From: an uncultured bacterium
GTDB taxonomy: Bacteria > Patescibacteriota > Minisyncoccia > Phycocordibacterales > DATDWN01
DNA length: 64,000 bases
Direction: 5' to 3'
NCBI GenBank assembly: GCA_903861205.1
Contig: CAIOTC010000020.1
Location: 39,976 to 103,975, forward strand
Shown here: positions 46,707 through 56,262 of the stretch, one piece after another
How the letters are laid out: every line of letters begins with the position of its first letter
How positions within the stretch are numbered: the stretch's first letter is position 1
Position numbers and translations under genes: made by a program
The notes under the pieces: model-generated
Database searches by the model: none
Told to the model about the DNA's origin: nothing
Seen by the model: the letters and a program-made list of their open reading frames with translations, nothing else

Positions 46707-47852
46707 ATGTCAACTGTTATTTTCAAAGAAAATGGTAAAACACTCAAACAAACTTTTGAGAAAATTTTTAGTGATTTAAATGTTGAGATAAAAGGTAAAA
46801 TTTTTATAAAACCAAATTTTTCAGGCCGGCCACCGCTAATTCCAGGTGAGAATACAAATCCGGAATTTTTGAAAGAACTGGTGGAATTTTTAATTGGAAT
46901 GGGGGCGGAAGAAGTTCTAATTGGGCACGGCGCCCTTTTGGGAACTTTTGATAAACAATTTCCATTCAACCAAATAATTGAAGGGGGTGGTTTTTCTTTT
47001 TTGCAAAAAATACCAAAAGTAAAGTTGATTGATTTGGACAAGGAACCGAAAAATTTGGTCGAATCAAAAAGTTTTAAATTTTTAGTTCCGCAAATTTTGA
47101 AAGGGGTTGATTTTTACATCAATCTGGCGGTATTAAAAATGCACATGGAAACAACTGTTTCGTTGTCGATAAAAAATCAAATGGGGCTCGTGGCACCGGG
47201 GGATAGAATAAACATGCACCACACGAAGTTGGAAGAATCAATAGCTTTGCTTGCCACGCTGATAAAACCGGATTTAAATATAATCGACGGAATAGTTGCG
47301 ATGGAAGGCAATGGTCCACACCATGGCAAGGGTAAAAAATTAAATTTAATTTTTGCCGGTGTTGATATGGTGGAATTAGATTCAGTTGTTTGCAATATAG
47401 TTGGAATTGATTTCAAACAAGTCAAACATATTTGTTTTGCGGAAAGTTTTGGAGTTGGAAAATTTCCAACAGAAGATGAGTTGAAAAAATACAAGGAATT
47501 TAAAGTCAGTAGTTTTTTGCTGGCGTCAAAATTTGAAAAATTCGGCAATATCAACGCTTGGCCAACCACAGCTTGCTCGCGATGTATTACCGCCATAAAC
47601 GAATCCGGCAAACTGATGAAAAAACATCCGATCAAACATTTCAGGATCATAACCAAAATTTTCATCGGTAAAAACAAATATAATGTGGTCATCGGCAAAG
47701 CTGAAGGCTTGAATCTGCCAAAAAATGAAAAAATAATTTGCATCGGTCAATGTACCAAAGAATTCGCCGACAAAAATTGTCTAAAATGTCTGAACAAATG
47801 TCCACCAACCGTAGCGGAAACTTTGGAGTATCTTAAAAAAGAAGTGGACTAA
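46707..47852 (+). CDS. DUF362 Fe-S protein
   Basis: IKPN, INLAVLKMH...VSLSIKNQMG, IIDGIVAMEGNGP, ACSRC, IGQC and CPP motifs. Confidence 0.88.
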   Translation: MSTVIFKENGKTLKQTFEKIFSDLNVEIKGKIFIKPNFSGRPPLIPGENTNPEFLKELVEFLIGMGAEEVLIGHGALLGTFDKQFPFNQIIEGGGFSFLQKIPKVKLIDLDKEPKNLVESKSFKFLVPQILKGVDFYINLAVLKMHMETTVSLSIKNQMGLVAPGDRINMHHTKLEESIALLATLIKPDLNIIDGIVAMEGNGPHHGKGKKLNLIFAGVDMVELDSVVCNIVGIDFKQVKHICFAESFGVGKFPTEDELKKYKEFKVSSFLLASKFEKFGNINAWPTTACSRCITAINESGKLMKKHPIKHFRIITKIFIGKNKYNVVIGKAEGLNLPKNEKIICIGQCTKEFADKNCLKCLNKCPPTVAETLEYLKKEVD

Positions 47853-48008
47853 ATATTTTAAAATTAAAAGCCCCGCGTCGAGGTATTTCCAGATATGTTT
47901 GGAAATACACAAGACGCGGGGGAAGTTTGGAACGAGCAAGTGACTCGTTTGAACCACTTGCAAAATAACTATTGGTGGCGTGAGCGGGTGGCATGTGAGC
48001 TATGCTAG

Positions 48009-50801
48009 TTACTTCGTCACCGTGACAGAGCAGGTTGGTTTGAGCACTTGACCACTGCTGTCCTGAACGAAGCCTTGGTAGACTTGCGTGCCAATGTTGC
48101 CGGGTGTGATGGTCGTCAACTGGTTGAACGGCGATGTGGAGTACACCATGCCTGGCAGATTGAAAATGTATGGCGAGTAACCTCCTGATGCGTTTGCTGT
48201 GTATGTTGCACTCGCTCCCAACTTGATCAAGGAAGGAGTGATGTAGCAACTAGTGGCAAATGGAACCGGAGAAGGCGGTGGGGGTGGAGCGGACACTGTC
48301 ACCTGCGGACAATTGACTGTAATTTGTCGCGGAGGTGATGCGGAGTCGGTCATCATGACTGAAGCATTGTAGACACCGGCATAGTTGTAGATCTGCGAAG
48401 CGCTGGAAACATCACCACCGGAAGCGCCTGTCCAGAAAAAGTGAACCGCGCCGATGTTGTTGTAACCGGCTCCATAGTACGCGGTGTTGCCGGCTTGCAG
48501 GGTAATCGGATTGAGTGAACCGTTGACCGCGCACGAACCAGTGAAAGACGGCAGAGGTGGCGGTTGAACAACTGGTGGTGTCGAGTTTGTGGCAGTTGTC
48601 ACCACAAGTTGTGGTCGAAGGGTTGCGTCCGAATACAGCGGACTCCAAAATGTGTTGTGCACATCTGGGCCGTTAACTGTTGGCCGGAGCATAATCCCGT
48701 AGTTTGGAAATGTTCCGTTTTGCCAGCCATTGTATAGAGAGGTGATATCAATTTCATACCACTGACCGTAGACTGGTTGTGGGAGAGTGGTGATATTGAC
48801 CGATGCCGGTTTGGCCGACCACTTCGTTACGCCATTCCAGTCGGAAGTTACTCGGTCGAGAATGATCCCACTGAGAGATCCTCCCTCGACGTACTTGTAT
48901 AGGCGTAGGACTATTTTTGATCCTGGTGCGGAAATGTTGAATTTGATCAGGCAGTAGTAGTAATCGCCCCATCCACCGATACGACATTCCGCATTTTGCA
49001 TACCACCACCATAGTAGTTACTCGACAGCCAAACCACAGTGCTGTTGGCGGAGGTGAGAGTGATTGTTGTCGTGCCGGAAACTCGCGTTGCCACGACATT
49101 GACTGTTCGCGTTTTGGACGCCGACAATCCACCGTTGTCCGTAACAGAATAAGTCAATGTGTAAGTGCCAGCGACAGCAGTGTTGACTGAACCGCTGACC
49201 ACAACTCTGCTCGTGATGTTTCCATCCTCGGCATCAGTCGCGGTGTAACCCGGCTCGACAAATTGTGCGCCGACGTTGAGTGAAAGCGGATTTGCTCCGG
49301 AGAGCGTCAGGGTTGGCACGGTGTTTAGTGGAGGTGGTGACGGAGATGAAGATACATATTTCAAGACCAAACGTGGTCTAAAATTTGCATCAGCATATTC
49401 CGAACTGCGAAAAGTATTGTGCACATCACTGGCAACCGATGTTGGTCGCAATCTGATGCCGTAGTTTGGGTAGCTACCGTTCTGCCAACCGTTGTAGAGG
49501 CTGGTGATGTCGATAGTGTACCACTGACCATCCACCGGTGGCGGAAGCGTGGAGAGATTGACGGCCGACGGTTGATTCAACCATCGGGTACTTTCTGTCC
49601 AACTGCTTGTGACACGGTCGGAGTAAATTCCACTGCGATTTCCTCCCTCTGCGTACTTGTAGAATTGAAGTCCCGCATAGTCTACAATGGAAGGTTGACC
49701 GTATAGGCTGAATTTGAAGAGACAATAGTAATAGTCTCCCCATCCGCCAATACGACACTCGTTGTTGTCCATACCACCGCCGTAATAGATATTGGTAATC
49801 CAAACATCTTCACTGTTGGTGGGACCAAAGGTGGTAACAGTGGCTAGCGAATCCGCCATTTGTGTGAATATTTGCTTTTGCGTGGTGGAATTGTCCAGCA
49901 GGTACGAGTCACTCAATGAGTGGACATCAAAAGCGTGTCTCATTTCTGTAAGGTTTATTCCGCTAAAGATGCCTGTTATGTCAGACTGGGTGATGATCTG
50001 GCCCAGTACAGTTGCAACAACTACACTCCCAGGATCGATGCACGATCTTTTGCTATTGTCGGTAACATTCCAGGGTAACGGATCATCACTTGCGCTAAAT
50101 CCGCTAAACGGAATGTATTTGAGTAGACTGAGATACTCAATGATATCATTACATTGAGTGGTATACCTGTTGTGCCCGTCAGCAACACTGTGAGCTACAC
50201 CGGCAATGTTGATTACTTGGAGCGTGTTTGGCTGGAAGAATGTACTCGTATTTGTGGCGAGCAATGCTTCCCGATATTTGATGTTGTAGGCTTCGTTCAC
50301 GAACAGTGAACCTTGACTGTGACCCACAAGGACAACTCGGTAACCTGCGACCCACTGATTGAAAATTTCATCAGTGACTAACTTGAGGTCAGGGTCACCT
50401 TGCACAACACTTCTGTCGGTGTTCCTAATGAATGTACCGACGAGGTTCAACAGATTCAAGTCCGAGATGGCTTTGTTCGCCAGGTCGTTCAGCTGGCCTT
50501 GAAGCCGATCCAGCTCAATCTGACCTTTTGATTGTTTGAGGTCGTCGCGAAAGCCCTGGCTTTGGTTGTAGACGGGGACGAACTTGACACAGTTCGGGTC
50601 GAGGTTTCGGGATGTTAAGGAAGATTTGAATTTTACTTCATAACCCCTAACATCTTTATTCCATGTCCCCGAATCTGGCACCAAAATCCCGTTAACCCAG
50701 ATAAACGCAGTCTTACCTTGGGGACAAGTCTGCGCCATTAGTATGCCACTGGACAGGACCAGAAGCAGAAAAACTACCGTGAAATTCAGAATGGTTTTCA
50801 T
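48009..50801 (-). CDS. Secreted GHSQG hydrolase-like protein with two DNRLRE/CBM96-like domains, a DUF5011 Ig domain and PKD
   Basis: First 21 aa identical to the 39928 protein; duplicated 'YYGGGM.N.ECRIGGWGDYYYCL.KF...DITSLYNGWQNG..PNYGI' domain; EPGYTATDAEDGNIT. Confidence 0.82.
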   Translation of the reverse strand: MKTILNFTVVFLLLVLSSGILMAQTCPQGKTAFIWVNGILVPDSGTWNKDVRGYEVKFKSSLTSRNLDPNCVKFVPVYNQSQGFRDDLKQSKGQIELDRLQGQLNDLANKAISDLNLLNLVGTFIRNTDRSVVQGDPDLKLVTDEIFNQWVAGYRVVLVGHSQGSLFVNEAYNIKYREALLATNTSTFFQPNTLQVINIAGVAHSVADGHNRYTTQCNDIIEYLSLLKYIPFSGFSASDDPLPWNVTDNSKRSCIDPGSVVVATVLGQIITQSDITGIFSGINLTEMRHAFDVHSLSDSYLLDNSTTQKQIFTQMADSLATVTTFGPTNSEDVWITNIYYGGGMDNNECRIGGWGDYYYCLFKFSLYGQPSIVDYAGLQFYKYAEGGNRSGIYSDRVTSSWTESTRWLNQPSAVNLSTLPPPVDGQWYTIDITSLYNGWQNGSYPNYGIRLRPTSVASDVHNTFRSSEYADANFRPRLVLKYVSSSPSPPPLNTVPTLTLSGANPLSLNVGAQFVEPGYTATDAEDGNITSRVVVSGSVNTAVAGTYTLTYSVTDNGGLSASKTRTVNVVATRVSGTTTITLTSANSTVVWLSSNYYGGGMQNAECRIGGWGDYYYCLIKFNISAPGSKIVLRLYKYVEGGSLSGIILDRVTSDWNGVTKWSAKPASVNITTLPQPVYGQWYEIDITSLYNGWQNGTFPNYGIMLRPTVNGPDVHNTFWSPLYSDATLRPQLVVTTATNSTPPVVQPPPLPSFTGSCAVNGSLNPITLQAGNTAYYGAGYNNIGAVHFFWTGASGGDVSSASQIYNYAGVYNASVMMTDSASPPRQITVNCPQVTVSAPPPPPSPVPFATSCYITPSLIKLGASATYTANASGGYSPYIFNLPGMVYSTSPFNQLTTITPGNIGTQVYQGFVQDSSGQVLKPTCSVTVTK

Positions 50802-50982
50802 ACCACCCCTTTTTGAGATTCACCTATGGTAATACACTACCAACTTGATCAATCGTCACCGCTCTTTTATTTCAAAGAACAACAACGATGGACCATATTG
50901 ATGTGACCCATGGTGTAGATCTGATTTAAGACTGTACTATTTTGGAGAGAAAGTCAATGTTGACAATATTGATTTATATATT

Positions 50983-51843
50983 TTAATATTGACCCTGAAC
51001 AATGGGCTGGGTGCAATCTTCCGAACTAAGATAAATCGACGGGCCAGCGAAAGGTAGAGCCAGCCTATTATGTTCCTCGTATATTTTCTTTCTTTCCGGT
51101 GTATTTTTAACCAAATTATGTAAAAACTGTCCATTACCATCAGATGGATTCAGGCCAAATTCTGTATATGTATAACAATTGTCTAAAGCAAATTCTTTCA
51201 GCAATAATTTTACATAATAATCATGATCTCCATTAGTCAATAAGACCTCTTGCGTCACTTTCATTTCTGCTCTCAATATTCGTCGTATTAGATCGTTTCC
51301 CGGATACATAAACACAATCTCTCTCTGCAAATCATCTCTAACACCGTCATGGTCAGAGTCGATGCCGGCGAGTGTCACTTTTCCAGCTTCACCTGGGTCT
51401 GGCGGAAGTGTAACTGAAATGTCGGTTACTGCAAAGCGAACGATTTTGGATGTTTTCACTCCATTGAAATACAAAACAAAAGAAACAGTTTGCGGTTTAG
51501 AGAGCCATTCTGTCGGAGCTACAAGAGTGCCAGAAAAAGTTCCGTCAGCATTTTTTGAAAGTTGAACTTGCTCGGACGGAATTGTTGTTGTATCAATAGT
51601 TTTCAAATAAGCAGATGTGATTGTTGTTGAATTTTCCGGTGTTAGAATGAACGAAAGTGTGACAGGTGTTAGCGGTTGTGCATTTGTTGTTTGAACTAAG
51701 GCGGTTTCCGGAGAGACAACTATTGCTACCGGCGGATTTACGCGCGATTCCCTTTGGTGCAAAATATATGAGAAAACAGCGTAGGAAATGGCAAGGATAA
51801 TTAAGATAGCACCGACAACCAAAACAAATTTCTTAGATTTCAT
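50983..51843 (-). CDS. Membrane-anchored protein with a PPDPG...GIDSDxDGVRDD motif
   Basis: TM helix; LPPDPGEAGKVTLAGIDSDHDGVRDDLQR (Ca-binding-like loop). Confidence 0.75.
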   Translation of the reverse strand: MKSKKFVLVVGAILIILAISYAVFSYILHQRESRVNPPVAIVVSPETALVQTTNAQPLTPVTLSFILTPENSTTITSAYLKTIDTTTIPSEQVQLSKNADGTFSGTLVAPTEWLSKPQTVSFVLYFNGVKTSKIVRFAVTDISVTLPPDPGEAGKVTLAGIDSDHDGVRDDLQREIVFMYPGNDLIRRILRAEMKVTQEVLLTNGDHDYYVKLLLKEFALDNCYTYTEFGLNPSDGNGQFLHNLVKNTPERKKIYEEHNRLALPFAGPSIYLSSEDCTQPIVQGQY

Positions 51844-51892
51844 ATTATTATAACTATACCATTATATATCAATAAGTGCTACTATATGTTAT

Positions 51893-52843
51893 ATGAAAAC
51901 ACACAAATATCTCCTCGTGGTTTTGTTAATAATCGTTCCAGCGGTTTCCATAGCTTCGATTGACGCCAACTTATCTTTCGGAAGTCGGGGACAAGCTGTC
52001 ACTGATCTGCAAAATTTACTCATTGGCAAAGGATTTTTGAGTGGCCAAGCCAGTGGCGGATTTTATTCGTTGACCAAGAGGGCTGTTGTAACATACCAAT
52101 CATCCTTCGGCTTGCCGGCGACAGGATTTGTCGGGCCGATGACGCGAGAAAAAATAAACAAGGAATTAGTTTCAACACAACTTCCGATTGCTGCGCCGGC
52201 AATACAAACAATACCAGCTCAAACATCACCAACCACAACAATAGTACCCGCTGTTTATTCAACCGGCACAACATTTATACCTACACCGGTTTCCATAAAT
52301 CCGACACCAGATGTTACTCCCACTTATATCACAGAAAACACACCCTTTGGTCCGATAACATATTTATCCACAATTGACTCTGCAGCAAAAGCAAAAATTT
52401 TTGCAGACGTGCAGGCATTGGCTACGGAGGCAGCAAAAAATGGATTGGTGAATTTTGCGCCACTTCCTACTCCAGCACAACCACCAACAGATGCGGAATC
52501 AATGGCTATAATCAACTCTCTCAAAGCAATGCATGATGCGTGTACCGAACAACCCAAATTAGCTTTTCAGGCCGACAGAGGTGTTGGTGCAGCGCAGGTT
52601 GTTTTTCGAGCTTCATACAGCGCCGCCTGCATTGTTGATCCAAACATGACATGGTTATTTTCTGATGGAAATCCTAATGATGCAAAGTCTGGAACACTCG
52701 GAAGTGGATGGGCGTTTGGCAGGTTAAACTCATCTACCGTGTACAATCTAGCCATCTATTCTTTCAGTGGAGTGTACCCCGGAATCACTAGTTTTACATT
52801 TGCGGTAGGAAATACAACTGCAGTAGCTACAATTTATAAATAG
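51893..52843 (+). CDS. Secreted peptidoglycan-binding domain protein
   Basis: L.FGSRGQAVTDLQ.LL...G.FY.LTK.AV..YQ...GLPATGFVGPMTR. Confidence 0.85.
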   Translation: MKTHKYLLVVLLIIVPAVSIASIDANLSFGSRGQAVTDLQNLLIGKGFLSGQASGGFYSLTKRAVVTYQSSFGLPATGFVGPMTREKINKELVSTQLPIAAPAIQTIPAQTSPTTTIVPAVYSTGTTFIPTPVSINPTPDVTPTYITENTPFGPITYLSTIDSAAKAKIFADVQALATEAAKNGLVNFAPLPTPAQPPTDAESMAIINSLKAMHDACTEQPKLAFQADRGVGAAQVVFRASYSAACIVDPNMTWLFSDGNPNDAKSGTLGSGWAFGRLNSSTVYNLAIYSFSGVYPGITSFTFAVGNTTAVATIYK

Positions 52844-52864
52844 ACAAGTATTTATAATAAATAT

Positions 52865-53566
52865 ATGATAACGATTTTTACCCTAAACTTATGGAGATAT
52901 TATGATTTTGATTTGAGGTTGTCAAACATTGAAAAGGTAATCAAAAATAAAAGTCCTGACATTATTTTCTTGCAAGAGGTTCAAATAGACACTACCTTAT
53001 CTTTTTTTTCACAAGTTGAAATCATAAAAAAATTATTGCCGGAATATGAATATTCAATTCATTCCACAATCTATCCTAAAGAATTTCAAAGAGGAAAAAA
53101 ATTAGAGACACCTGTGCAGCATGGAATGGCGGTTATTTCAAAATATCCAGTCGTAAATTCATTTGAATATTTTTTGAAAAAAGAAAAAGATGAGTCAGAG
53201 CCAAGATCAATTCTTTGTTTTGATTTAAAAATAAAATCAAGAATATATTATTTTGCGAATATTCATTTTACCAACAAGGAAGAATCTGCCAAAAATGAAT
53301 TAGTCGAATTTTTGAATTTTATTCACTCACGCGGAGAAAAAAGAATTATGGCTGGAGACTTTAATATGTTTAACTTACCGAAATATTCCAATTTGTTTAA
53401 TGGCTATAAATTATCATATAATTATAAACCATATATATCGTACACAAAAGATAATGGGTGTTTGGATTATATAATGATACCTGATAATTTTAACTTCACA
53501 CATCTTGAGTTAGTGGAGGAATATCTTTCTGATCATAAGGGTTTATTTGTAAATCTGGATGATTAA
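52865..53566 (+). CDS. Endonuclease/exonuclease/phosphatase family protein
   Basis: TLN, PDIIFLQEV, AGDFN, LDYI and SDH motifs. Confidence 0.9.
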   Translation: MITIFTLNLWRYYDFDLRLSNIEKVIKNKSPDIIFLQEVQIDTTLSFFSQVEIIKKLLPEYEYSIHSTIYPKEFQRGKKLETPVQHGMAVISKYPVVNSFEYFLKKEKDESEPRSILCFDLKIKSRIYYFANIHFTNKEESAKNELVEFLNFIHSRGEKRIMAGDFNMFNLPKYSNLFNGYKLSYNYKPYISYTKDNGCLDYIMIPDNFNFTHLELVEEYLSDHKGLFVNLDD

Positions 53567-53586
53567 AATCATACTGAATAAATTTT

Positions 53587-54543
53587 ATGAAAATATTTGT
53601 CACTGGAGGAAGTGGATTTATTGGCAGGAGATTGGTTGAGAAATTATCTCAAAACAAAGATGACCAGATTTTTTGTCTAACTAGGGATTTATCAAAAATT
53701 TCTATTTCAACTGCGGAAAATGTTCAATATTTGGAAGGGGATATTACTAAACCGGAAACATATAAAAATTTTCTATATGGATCAGATCGTCTTTATCATT
53801 TAGCCGCGTATGTTGGCTATGGTATTTATGGAAGAGACAAAAAAGAGATGGGGAAAATTAATATTGACGGAACGAAAATCATTTTTGATATTGCGAAACA
53901 ATTTAAAATTCCAAAAATTTTGTATTTAAGTACCGCAATGGTTTATCATCCAATGGGAGAAAAAATTGTTGTTGAAACTGACAATTTTCCAAAAAAACAC
54001 ACAACTCATTACTCCTATACTAAATATCTTAGTTTTTTGGAAGCGCAAAAGTATATTAAAATAGGACTTCCAATAACTGTTATTTTACCTACATCAGTTT
54101 ATGGATATGGCAGCCCGCTTTTTAGTGATTTTGTGAAATTTCTATTAAAATACAAAGTTTTCTTTAAAAGCTTACTCGATAAAAGACTATCTGTTGTTTA
54201 TGTTAACGATGTTGTAGATGCTATTCTATTGGCTGAAAAAGGTGATTATGTCGGAGAATCTTTTATTGTTTCTTCTGAAATAATAACTATCAGAGATTTT
54301 ATAAAACAAGTTGAAATTTATTTTAAAATCGAGGTAAAAATTTATAATTTGCCAATTTTCATATTAAAATTATTTTCTCCAGTGATAGGTTTTATTTCCA
54401 GATTTAAAAAAGGTTTGTATATTAACAAAGAAATATTTAATTTTATAAATGGGAATTTCATTGCTTCAGGAGAAAAAGTAAAAAATAAGTTAGAATGGAA
54501 ACCAAAAACATCTATTTATAATAAATTTGAAGAGATGATCTAA
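53587..54543 (+). CDS. NAD-dependent epimerase/dehydratase
   Basis: VTGGSGFIG, HLAA and YSYTK motifs. Confidence 0.9.
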   Translation: MKIFVTGGSGFIGRRLVEKLSQNKDDQIFCLTRDLSKISISTAENVQYLEGDITKPETYKNFLYGSDRLYHLAAYVGYGIYGRDKKEMGKINIDGTKIIFDIAKQFKIPKILYLSTAMVYHPMGEKIVVETDNFPKKHTTHYSYTKYLSFLEAQKYIKIGLPITVILPTSVYGYGSPLFSDFVKFLLKYKVFFKSLLDKRLSVVYVNDVVDAILLAEKGDYVGESFIVSSEIITIRDFIKQVEIYFKIEVKIYNLPIFILKLFSPVIGFISRFKKGLYINKEIFNFINGNFIASGEKVKNKLEWKPKTSIYNKFEEMI

Positions 54544-54597
54544 AATTTGTTCACAATTCCAATATGTTTTTATCATTTGACTTGATATAATGTAGAC

Positions 54598-56181
54598 ATG
54601 CTTAATTTGTTCATGTTATCAAATGTATTTCTTTCGGTCACCTCAATTTTTTTAGCTGTATTTGTATTCTTTAAAAATAGAAGGTCAAAACTAAATTATT
54701 TATGGGCGTTGACAAGTCTTGGTGTTGCCACATGGAGTTTCGGTATTTCCAGAATTGTCATTTCAGAAAGTGTAAAAGAAGCGTGGCTTTGGAATTATTT
54801 TTTGTATATGGGTGCTATTTTCATACCAATTTTTTTCTACCATTTTACACTTGTTTTATTAAAAAAAGAGAAAAGCAAAAAATTCTCTTTGATCGTCGGA
54901 TATTTATTATGTCTAGCCTTTCAAATTCTAAATTACACAAAATATTTTGTTAAAGATGTTCCTCCCAAATTTATGTTTAACCATTGGGTTGAACCAGGGG
55001 AAATATACTATTTCTTTTTTGCTTTTTTTGTTGGTTATTTTTTGTATTCATTAGTTTTATTGTTCAGACATTCTTTAAATCGATCAAATCCGGACAGAAA
55101 TCAAATAAAATACATTTTGATAGGAAGTATTATCGGAGTAAGCGGCGGAATTACAAATTTTTTCCCACAATTTTTTAATATTTACCCATTTGGAAATTAT
55201 TTGATAATACTGTACGTCTTTTTTGTTACTTATTCGATATTGAAATATCAATTATTCAATATTAAATCTCTCGCTACTGAATTATTTACTATCGCTATTT
55301 CACTGGTTCTCTTTACGAGAATATTCTTTGCAGATAATTTAACTGAAAAATTAGTAAATGTAATTGTTCTTGTGGCAGTATTTGTTTTTGGGGTTTTAAT
55401 TGTTCGTTCTGTTATGAGAGAAGTCAAGACCAGAGAAGAAAAGGAAAATCTTGCCAAAGATCTTGAGCGGGCGAATGATCGGTTGAAGGAGTTGGATCAG
55501 ATGAAGTCGGAGTTTTTGTCGTTGGCGACTCACCAAATACGGGCGCCGTTGACCGCTATTCGGGGATATGCGGCCAATGTGATGGATGGTGATTATGGGG
55601 AGATTTCGCCGAAAGTTCGCGGGGCGATCCAGGTCATTGCCACTTCGTGCACCAACTTGGTCGTTATTGTCGACGAGTTTCTGAACATTTCGCGCATCGA
55701 GCAGGGTCGGATGAAATACGACGTGGTGGATTTCGACGCGACCGCTTTGATCCAGGAAATTTTGATCGAGCTCAAACCAACAATCGAAAAAACATCGCTC
55801 ACAATGAATTTGGAACTGTCGGATTATATTTGCATGGCGCACGGTGATGTTGGCAAAATAAAACAGGTTGTGAACAACATCATCGACAACTCCATAAAAT
55901 ATACCAAGCAGGGCGGTATCAATGTTTCGCTGTCGTGCAACGGCCAATATATTACGATAAAAATTTCCGACACCGGCATTGGCATCGCGCCGGAAGACAT
56001 CCCGAAACTTTTCACCAAATTTACCCGAGCCAAGGACGCTTTCCGCACCAACGTCATCGGCACCGGTCTCGGCCTTTACATAGCCAAGCAAATGGTGGAA
56101 GCGCAAGACGGCAAAATTTGGGTCGAATCGGATGGGCTGGGCAAAGGCTCGACATTCTTCATTCAGTTACCGAAAGCTTAA
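54598..56181 (+). CDS. Sensor histidine kinase with a multi-TM (HisKA_7TM-like) N-terminus
   Basis: ATHQIRAPL H-box, NIIDNSIKY, DTGIG and GTGLGL motifs; no response regulator in the window. Confidence 0.92.
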   Translation: MLNLFMLSNVFLSVTSIFLAVFVFFKNRRSKLNYLWALTSLGVATWSFGISRIVISESVKEAWLWNYFLYMGAIFIPIFFYHFTLVLLKKEKSKKFSLIVGYLLCLAFQILNYTKYFVKDVPPKFMFNHWVEPGEIYYFFFAFFVGYFLYSLVLLFRHSLNRSNPDRNQIKYILIGSIIGVSGGITNFFPQFFNIYPFGNYLIILYVFFVTYSILKYQLFNIKSLATELFTIAISLVLFTRIFFADNLTEKLVNVIVLVAVFVFGVLIVRSVMREVKTREEKENLAKDLERANDRLKELDQMKSEFLSLATHQIRAPLTAIRGYAANVMDGDYGEISPKVRGAIQVIATSCTNLVVIVDEFLNISRIEQGRMKYDVVDFDATALIQEILIELKPTIEKTSLTMNLELSDYICMAHGDVGKIKQVVNNIIDNSIKYTKQGGINVSLSCNGQYITIKISDTGIGIAPEDIPKLFTKFTRAKDAFRTNVIGTGLGLYIAKQMVEAQDGKIWVESDGLGKGSTFFIQLPKA

Positions 56182-56262
56182 TAGTCGCTGCACCCTTAAA
56201 TTTCATTCGCCATAGACGGCGAATGATTGAATTTCTTTAAGAAAAATGTATAAATTACTGGT

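Noticed and set aside
48600-49810. Duplicated sequence as a DGR template/variable repeat pair
   Set aside because: Both copies are in-frame protein domains, differences are not adenine-specific, and no reverse transcriptase is present.
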